Shown: piece after piece, positions 1 to 9,700 of the stretch | Layout: each line of letters starts with the position of its first letter | Position numbering within the stretch: the stretch's first letter is position 1 | From: Phoronis australis | Lineage: Eukaryota > Animalia > Phoronida | Direction: 5' to 3' | NCBI GenBank assembly: GCA_002633005.1 | Contig: NMRA01000184.1 | Span: forward strand, 127,255 to 191,254 | DNA: 64,000 nucleotides | The notes under the pieces: generated by a model | What the model saw: the letters and a program-made list of their open reading frames with translations, nothing else | What the model was told of the DNA's origin: nothing | Databases searched by the model: none | Translations under genes and position numbers: made by a program

Positions 1-176
1 AGGTTTTTGACTATGTTTCTTTATATAGTTTTATATCAGCTACTATGTTCTTTCTGTATATATCCTTCTATACGTCTCTGTATATAATTCTCTGCACATG
101 TATTTTCATCGGTAGTTAGCACTTTTGCTGTTTTCTTTTGTTGTATCTACTCACACTGATTTAAAATAATGTTATG

Positions 177-233
177 CTTACTTACTTACTTACTTATTTA
201 TTTACTTACTTACTTAATTACTTACTTGCTTAC
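177..233. repeat. (CTTA)n microsatellite, imperfect
   Basis: cttacttacttac... seen directly. Confidence 0.9.
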
Positions 234-884
234 TATCCTGTTGCTGGAAATGATACTTTACTAATAACATTGTCAATCGCAGACTTTCATTCTGTACAAC
301 AGGTTTACTTGCTTTGAGAAACAAATCCTATTCTAGTTTACTCCAATCCAAAGTTACTGACAGGCAAGGCAGGTCACATGACTGATGACGAACATGTCAG
401 ATGGAGAGGTCCCCCACGTGTGTTGCCACCTCTCACAGTTGTTGGCAGACAGGTGTCACCTCCCCATAACCCTATGTGCATTTCCGTTTGACCTCGAGGA
501 TATTGACTGTAATGGCATTCAGTCTTCAATTTCAATGACGGAATGAAGGACCACCCAAATCTTAAGGTGTCTTACCTTACCTTCTGGTTATCTGGGGTCC
601 GAGCCGCTCCACACACCACTCGTGTATCGGCCACAGGAGAGCCGCAGAAGTGCCGTTGAATATTCATGTTGCGCCCTTATTGGCCAGTACCGGCATATGG
701 GTCAAGACAGCCAACGTCAGCAGTCTTCAAGATGAACAACAGTTATCTTTTGATGCAGAAAGACGGGCCGCGTGGCAGAAGGCCAGCGCAGCAGTGAGAC
801 AGGTCAAATAACGTCTCACTAAAGTTCTGTCCTGAAGCAAGTGCTTGTAAAATATTTAAACAGATAATACAAATCAAAACTTAC

Positions 885-990
885 TCTCTTCCTGTCTGTC
901 CGTCTTTCTTGCCATCACCCCCTCAACTTCCAAATCTGGTGACACACTTTCCACTGCAGGCGCAGGCTCTTGTATGTTTGGCTCTGCCAT
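885..990 (-). CDS. Candidate first coding exon of an unidentified divergently transcribed gene (MAEPNIQEPAPAVESVSPDLEVEGVMARKTDRQEE...)
   Basis: ATG in good context (gaaATGG), 35 open codons, consensus donor gtaagt at 884-879 on minus, next to a CpG-rich promoter-like region. No recognisable homology. Confidence 0.4.
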
Positions 991-1340
991 TTCCGCATTG
1001 GTTTGAGTTGACCGTCACGCCTCCGTCTCAGCCGAGACTAAAGAGTTCAGAGTTAACAACAATAAATTTCCAAACTACACAATTTTTCGAGCGTATCTTC
1101 TGGAATACGAAACCTTGACCTACCCCGCATCTGCCTAAAATTATAACAGGCTGATGAAGCTTTTGATAAAAGTGCAGATAACCGATAATAGAGAACGAAC
1201 AGAACAAACCACTTGTTTTGACTGTCCCCAGAAAAATTGCCGTCAAGCAAACCCGGAAATACGCTGACGTAAAATGCGGGAGAAATTTTATGCGCTTTAC
1301 AACTCATTTAACTGCTAAAAGTATCGGTATCCGATTAAAA
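990..1340. promoter_or_regulatory. Putative bidirectional promoter (STK40 / upstream minus-strand gene)
   Basis: Locally CpG-rich; ETS-like CCGGAA at 1253-1258 and CRE-like TGACGT at 1265-1270; lies between the minus-strand ATG exon and STK40. Confidence 0.4.
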
Positions 1341-2599
1341 TGAACCATTTTTCATATATAATTGAACCGCTTTATGTTAAGAATTTATACTCACACAGCA
1401 AATTTTCTAACGACAACTGTAAACCAGATGAAAGCTGAAGTTGTCGAAAGGGAACATGTAATGGATATTTCTTAGAACCAAACAGTTGTCTTTTGCAAAT
1501 TTGGATCGAAAACAAGGGTGTGCATGATACATCTCGTTTTTCATTAAGTACGACTTTGTCTTCTGAAAGGACTGTATAGAATATTAAAAAGCGAAGCCAG
1601 CAAACTTGGGTAGTGCAACCCAGTCAAGTAGTCAGTAGGCTACTGACAGTACTGAGTACTCCGTCTCTGCAGGACTGAGACATAAGAAAAGACAGCTCCT
1701 ATAGACGCCACATATGCTGAAAAGTTTTCGGCAAATTATGCTGCATACCGATTTAAAAAAGTCATGTTACTATAAGTACCTTTTGCGCATAGAGGGACAC
1801 TTTAGGTAGCCATCGATGTCTTTTAATTCCTTAATGAAACTCCAGTCCCGTAGGCAGTAACCAAACTTTTTCTTGGAGCAGATCTTTGCTCAGTTGCCCA
1901 AATTGGCAACTGGTCACTTTTTATACTGCTCACCAGGTGGTATGACGTCATATCTCCTGGCGTGCGCTCTGTTAAAAAAGGGCAATTCTGGTTTGAAGCT
2001 AGTGTAGTGGGAGAGAAACATCTATCCACTCATGACAATAGTACGTTGACACCCAAACTGGTGGAGATTGGGCATCTCAACTGGTTTGCCTACCAGAGGA
2101 ATTGCCAGTTCCAATTAAAGACCTTGTGCTGTTGTGCTTAATTAAATTGCCTCAAGCTGCTGATGTTATTGTTCTTAGATAATTAGCCCCGCCATAAACA
2201 CACTGGGGTCGACAAATTTTGTTTTTAATTTTCTATTTGAAAGTTTTCAAATAGCATATTTGAATCATTCGTGAAAAGTAGACATTTGTTTTTTTTTAAT
2301 TTTTAAAGTCTGACAAGAAATGTGACTTTTATCCTGTGAATTTTAACTGAATGTTTGCCTGGAGCTCGCGCATTGTTTTGCACGCCATTAATTCTGTGGC
2401 GTGTGCAACATAATGGGCCAATTACCAAACCAGCAGGGAGTGCTGGATTTTGAGGTAGGCCAAGTGTCATCGTACAATTCCTGGCATGCTGGTGAGAAGT
2501 GCTAAACATCTGCATCTCTGCCCTTTAAGATTATCTCTATTAATTGGATCCCATACCTTTTTTAATAATACTTAGCCAAAAAGAATGTTACATCGGATT

Positions 2600-2922
2600 C
2601 CGTACTAAAACAACGGTATCAATGACATGACCAAATTTTGTTTGATATGAATGTACAGGATGAAATCTCAAAAACACTATTACAGTTTTCTAAATTATTT
2701 TGTTTTCGTTGATGCCACTTTTCAATTTTTTCATAAAAGTCCTGAAAATACTGTTTTGAAAGCCCATCATGCAAATTTTTTAAAACAATTCCTAAAGTGG
2801 TTTGGAGAACATACTTAAAGTATTGTGTCTTCAAGTTTCATGTGAATCCAGTCGGCCATTTCTGAGATATGGTGTTCCAAAGTTTCTCCAATTTGACCAT
2901 TTTTTTAGGGTCCTGCATAACC
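2600..2922. mobile_element. Fragment of a Kolobok-like dispersed repeat (terminus ...ATAACC|TTAA)
   Basis: Matches the reverse complement of 40765-40985, which begins TTAA|GGTTAT. Confidence 0.6.
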
Positions 2923-3634
2923 TTAATTCACCAGCAGTAGATTTGGTATATGTGCATCATGAAAAGTCAGTTGTTTCTGTATGATAAGTATGTTATACAA
3001 TATAAATAAGGATAACTGCGTGTTATTGAAATTTGTGATTTGCAGCCTAATATAAATGAGGGCGAATATATTGTTTCACTTTCAATGTTTTGATTTACAG
3101 TTTACAGTATCATCTACTTAGAATTCATTGTAGTTTCAAGCATGTATTGTGCACTATGGCAGTTAGCCAGCCTGCGAGCTGTGAATATAGATCATGGACA
3201 ACAGATTCACAGTTCAAACATTTTCATTTGAATTCCCTACACTGGCACAACTCATGGGGTGCAATTCTAAATATTAAGTTTGCGGTCTGTGTGATTCAGA
3301 CGTACATGTTGGAAGTTAAAAGTATCAAGCAGGCACCTCTAGTGGGTAGTGATACTTCTGAACATGAGATTTGACCACTCCATGATGTACAGTAGTCCAT
3401 GCTGTGCAACACTGAATGTCAAAGCACATCTAGGAATCAATATTGGTAGAAAAACTGACGTAAAATGATTGCAAGGGGCATTTGACAAAAAGTTTGTCAG
3501 CGAGCACTATTATAATTATGCACTAATTTTGTTGTAGGGCTATTGATGCTAAATTTAGACTCCATGGAGACTGGTTTCAGCAGACATAGTGGAATGTCAA
3601 GATCTGTAATGAAGTAGACCTAGCAAGATCTACA

Positions 3635-3755
3635 ATGAAACGCATAACCAATTCGAGTCCAGGTGATGCTTCTCGGACGCGGGAACACGACTTCACTTCA
3701 AAAAGACCAAAAATGACCAAGCATGTTGTGAAAAGGGCTGGACCATATCTTTTAG
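3635..3755 (+). CDS. STK40: STK40 coding exon 1 (MKRITNSS...KRAGPYLL-G)
   Basis: ATG at 3635; KRAGPYLLG motif; phase-1 donor GT at 3756. Confidence 0.9.
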
Positions 3756-6700
3756 GTTTCCATCAATTTTCAGACATTCTTATTTCATGCTTTGCCTTAC
3801 TCTATGTCATCTATCATGTTGTTTAAACTATTTTGTAATTTGTAAGTGTTTTGCACAGAAATAGTTGCCAAAATTAATCATTTTTTGATTTTTGAAATAC
3901 TACAGTAGTTCAAATACCGTAATCAAAAATGATAAAAATTTCATCAAGCATTGTTATATGACATACCATTGTTGTACGACATACCGTTGTTGTACGACAT
4001 ACCGTCATTGTACGACATGCTGTCGCTGTACGACATGCCCTCGCTGTACGACATGCCCTCACTGTACGACATGCCATCGCTGTACGACATGCCCTCGCTG
4101 TATGACATACCATCGTTGTATGACATACCATTGCAAACTATGAAAGGAATGATGTACTGCTTCTTTCAAAATTTATGTTAGTTGAGAAATTGTGCAAATT
4201 AAAATTCTGCTGCACCATATTGTGCATAAAATAAGTGAATATTTACAGTATGGCATTTACTGTTCTCAACCAGTCACACTGGGATTTGACCACAAATATG
4301 ACTATTTCCTGGACAGGCTGGACTGACATACTTACTGTTTCGAGCACGTAAAATGACAGCTCACAGCTGCTGTAAACCTGTCTTCTGTTGCAAATCAAAA
4401 CAAATCAGTTTTTGATGCAGACTACTTACCATATGCCAGTTGTTCCTTAATCATGATAGGTGTGATTTCTAGACATGGAAAGAACTGACAGTTCATTATG
4501 GCTCAAGTCCAAGCTTTTCTAGTTGACCTGCCTCAGCATGTTAATTATTTGCCAAGCATGGTACTGAGCAATAATGATCTTTCAGTTCTTTGTAAGACCA
4601 GGAATCACTTCTCATCTGAGTAAGGAAAAAGTTGAGACTTATGTCATGGCGATAAATGGTCTAAAATGAAATTTAATTTGTTTGAGGAAACACAAGTTTA
4701 TGGCCACTTAAAGTGAAAATTTTTCAGCAAATACAATTTCTTGCTGAGCATGAAAATGACAGCAAAATTGTGACTTCAACTGATTTGGCTTTCCTTTTTC
4801 ATTAATGTTTGTAATAATTACATGAAATTTCAGGACCTCGTCTTGGTACTTCACCAGTTCGTAGCATTGTGCAGTGTCTTGCAAGAAAGGAAGGGACTGA
4901 TGAATTTTACACTTTGAAGGTAAGGACCATTTATCTGAACTGAAAATGTTGTTGCTAACCATTACTTGTGCTAGCCAGAAAGTGATTTGAAGCTCATACT
5001 TGGCCAGTTTTGGGGAGAGGGTTCTTTGTGCCATAACAAGACTTTGAGCGCTTGGTCTTGGGAATGTCCATCAGTCAATCTTTCCAAACCCAGAAATTGT
5101 CTCTTATTAGACAAGGAACAGTTTGAGGATATGATTTCACAATGATATGTGGTCAAAATCAGAAGATAGCTTTTGAGACTGAAGGCAGATTTCAGTAGAG
5201 CCGCTTTAAGATATCGCCCAGAAGTTGTCAATTGGGACAGAAAGACATGTTCAGACACTAGAGCATTTCAGTGTTTTGACTTACGGTCCAGGTCCTTGTC
5301 AATCATTGATGGAAATTTTAAAGCTTCCAGTAGAAGCTGGTTTTCCAATATGAGTCTATGTTGTTGAAGCTTGAAATAAGGTACACTTAAATAAGTTAAT
5401 TACTACAAGCCATGTTGCTGCTAATAGACTGTTCTAAATTTATGACCTTGACTTGGACAATTGGCCCCGCGTGTGATTTTGAATGTTTTTCACCGTGATT
5501 GTTGTCTTATTTGATAATTACTAGGTCTCAAATAAATGCCACTCTTTAATGGATGTGAGCTCGGGACCATGACACTGAAATTAATAAGTGCGTTGGTTTC
5601 TGTCAGAAGATTTATATGGCATTTAAAATTTTCCAAGGCTGCCATGGTTGTAGATTCAACTGAAAGACCCGTGTCCTTCATTTCTTGGTTTGTAGATACT
5701 AACAATGGAAGATGGTTTGAAGGAATGTCAAGATGACCGCCAGGGCAAGATGTTACTTCATACAGAGTACTCTCTTCTGTCTCTTATGCACAACATGGAA
5801 GGTGTTGTGCACCACCATGGATTATTTAAGGTAAAACTTGAAAGCTTTGAACAGTGAGTTGAACCTGAAGATGAAATTTACCATTTCCTTACTCTTTTTC
5901 CCTGTGATCTTTGGGATATTTAATCTGAGTTAGGTAAGGACAATGTTGACTTGATGGCAATAGTCAGTTCCAGTGGTCACAGATTTCGAGTTATCAGTTC
6001 TGGCTGTCATAATGTGGGAGCTCTGTACGTGACTATTACTTGATTTCAGAAAATGACTAGTAAATGCAAGACAAAATTTTGGTAATACTAGGTATAAAAT
6101 TTTAATCATACTATCGCTTGAAATGTTTTACGTACTGTTCGGTTTTCTCAGAACTTTGAGATAAATTCAAAATGCCTTGTATCCCCACTAACAGCCATGT
6201 TGTGTAAAGATATGAAAGCCAACTTCTTATGGAGTTCACTCTGAAGCAGCATTCATGCCTATAAATCACTTCCAATCACAATAAAAATGTTTAGAGCAGG
6301 GTTCTGTTTCAAGAAAAGCGACTTAAGTCTGAAATTTTGTCTTGTGATTCACAAATATTCCTGATAAACACTTAAATTTAAATCTGACTTGAAGAAAAGT
6401 GCAGTCTCTCAAAATATACAGTAAGTGCTAGTTAATGGGATAATTTCTGTAAATTATTTGTAGACTATGGTGCACTCATAATTACTTACCTTTTTTCAGC
6501 AATTGTGAAGTGTGAGTGTAAGACCAAATTTCAGTCTCAAGTCATATTTATGAAACAGAGCCCAGCTCTGTAGCAAACAGAGCCCAGCTCTGTAGCAAAC
6601 AGAGCCCAGCTCTAGCAGTTACCGATCTAAATCAAGAGCAGATGGACTGTGGAACTAAGCTTTAACTTGTTCAAGGACAAGGCTTTAGAAGAACGTGAGG

Positions 6701-9700
6701 GACCAAATGGTGAACTCGAGTACACGGGACGACTGCGTTCTAGGCTCTGTCTGGTACTGGACTGTTTGATACCACATGACTTCAGCAACAAGACGGCTGA
6801 CCTGGTTAATCTGCAGCATTATGTCATTAAGGAGAAAAAACTGTCGGAGAAGGAGGCTATAGTGATCTTCTTAGACATTGTACGCGTTGTGGAGAGTCTG
6901 CATCAGGTGAGCGGACAACTGGTTGTGACTAGAGCTGTATACTTGTCTGTCTCCAGAAAAAGCTGGCCAGTTCATTTTCCTGGTAAAAATGCGTAGTTTG
7001 TGGAACAAAAACGAAGATTTTTTGTTCAACTATTCAAATACAAAGTAGTTTGCATGGTATGCAGCTCTAGTTATGAAACAATATAATGTCATTTTACATT
7101 TTAGCGACCATTCAGAATAGTGTCGGTATTCCGATGAGTATTTCTAAAAGTGTCAGTTTTCCAATCTAAAATTCGCAGAATGTTTTGAAAGCATACACTA
7201 TTAACCCCTTTCGGTAATATTATTTTCATCCATTTTGAACATTTTATGATATTTACAATGCTTAGACTTTCTATTTTATCAACTTCAAACAAAAAATTAT
7301 TTAACAAGTAAGACTTTCTTCTACCATGTAGTGATGATTGACTTTCCTGAAATGAATTTAAAGCGTGCTTTCTGCCTAGGGAACAAGGTTTGATTGAGCA
7401 CACTCACCATTGTAACTTTGGTCTTAGTACTATATTCCTAACTCATTTATAAGTGATGTCTGGGCTTGGCAAACACAGACAGTTCATTCATGCAGACCAA
7501 ACTCATCGCTCATAACATTTCAGGCCATGGTATGACCTGACATTTTATCAGCTTTGTATGAGTATGAAGACTTAGTGAACTTTCAGCACTTTGCAAGTCC
7601 CAAAACCAATTCCCATCTGAGTAAGGAACAAGTTGAGACCAATTTTAGGTGGATAAGAATCCAAGTCAAAAGTTAACGCATTAAAGGAGCATGCCACCCA
7701 AAAAACAACCTAATTTGTATCAATTTAGATCGAGTAGTTCTACTCCATAACGACACGTACGGTTGCGTTACCTGACACCTGACGGCAGACGGAGGTGTTG
7801 AAATTATCCAATGATGTCATCGGTTTCACAAGCAGTCTGTTCAGCAGTTCACAACACGGCCGGGTTACTGGTGTCAGCTTATCGCTTGAAGTCATTCGTT
7901 TAATACCAATAAATCATCAAACTTCGAAGTAAAACCCTTAAAAATACACCGAGTTCTTATAAAAACGTGTTGTTTCATTTCGCTCTTACGGATTTATTGG
8001 TATTTGGACACACCGTAGCCTACAAAGTTCGGCAGGCCAATAAGGTCCGTAGCAGGAGTTTGAGGTCTGTTCGGAGATAATTTCGAAGTATTTTCCTTGA
8101 GATGCAGACAGGAGAACCTAGATCTGTGTTGTTTAGACTAATGATTTTGTGAGTTGTAAACACAAAGCGCTTGTTATCCTGGCCAATGGCTCGGAGCCCG
8201 ATCAGGCCCGTCACGGCCGCGGGCCGGATTGACTTATCCCGGCCAGTGGATCGGAAATGGATCAGACATTACGAACATAAACCAGCCAAAGTTCAGTGGA
8301 AATTAAACTTCGAGTCAAAAAAATACTGTACTAGAGAGCCAGAGTAATGTGCACGTTATTATGTTGGTGAATTAGCCATGAAACTGCAAATCTACTTACT
8401 TGTCGGCGGTGGCCGCGAATTCACTCGGGTTCCGCGCTTTCGTTGGCCACAGCACCGACAGGGCAGAAGTTGTACATTGACAATTATTTGAGTAATGTAA
8501 ACGTAAATAAAGATTCCCCTAACACCTAGCCGTGGAATGGAAATCGAGTTGTTTCACAACAGTTTCTGCCAGCAAACATTAAATTGGCATGAGCTCACAC
8601 GGCCTCGGTGTCCCGTCAATTAGTTTTATTGCACCTAAAGCCGGTAACGCAGTGATTTATTCATTGCTGGCTTCTCAAATCATCTGCACTCACGAACACT
8701 CCAAAAGCATTACAAATTGCATCTAATGAGACAGACTTCGTTTCAGTTGGTTAGGGTGAGAAGGCATTTTGAAACAGAACGCTCAGTAAACGCCACTATG
8801 GCAACTCGCAATCCCGACTTAGGACGAGCTAGAGCTCATCACTCCTGACTTCGCAGGTGGATCGCTAAGATTTACAGGCTATCAATTCGAACATGAATAC
8901 AGTGATGAAGAAATATTAGAGAGGCGCCGTGAACAAGCTCAGACAACGGAACATGGAGTTATTTGGTAAGCCGGCATTCGTCACTGAGGCACTGTCGACG
9001 TCTGCAGGCCACAGACACGGAGATGTTTCACGGCCTCATACTTGCTATTTACAGCGTACATTTCATTCTTCACTACCATGAGCCACTACCTAAGCATTTT
9101 GGACTCTCGAGGAAGTAAAAAAAAAAAACGATATACCCGCTTTCCTCGCAACTGCTTAGTTCGGACAAGCGGGAACGAGGCACCGCAACACAGAGGCATT
9201 CACTCTGCATATGAACCACTGACGTTGCTAGCGTCGTTTCACACCTTCCTCACAGGTTAACGCGACACCTCTTGGCAAGGTAAGGTCGACCGAGGCAATG
9301 TGGATATAGACCGATTAAGACGGCAAAAAATACTTAGGGCTGTTCCAGTAAAATCCGTGTGGGAGGGGGGGGACGGCAGTAGAAATAAAAATTCATGGGT
9401 GGTGGTCTTCAGAAAAAAACTCAAATTATGGGTGGTCGTTCCTGTAAGAAGTGATGCATTAAAAATGGGTGGTATTTTTTGATCTGTTAACGTTGACAGG
9501 TTGGTTAATTCAGCCAACACATCTCCAAAGAAATCAAAACTCAAAAAATGCGATTGGCATATATCCCAACTTATCCCAATACAAAAAAGCCCATATTGCC
9601 AGTGAACAGAGTGCAATATGTTCACTAAGCCATTAATCAAGTCATGGGCAACTTGATTTGAGCCAAGTGCTTGTCTGCAGTCCTATTGAATTGAAAAGTT

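Noticed and set aside
581-831. Second coding exon spliced to the 885-990 exon through a 53-nt intron
   Set aside because: All three frames hit stops before the donor at 580.
3892-4181. Repetitive ORFs (CTTCPR, MSYSEG, PSLYDM) resembling metallothionein or structural proteins
   Set aside because: Products of an 18-bp intronic minisatellite open in several frames; no supporting splice or start context.
5831-6675. Possible U12-type intron (CTTTAAC close to an AAG acceptor)
   Set aside because: Donor is GTAAAACT, not the U12 consensus GTATCCTT.
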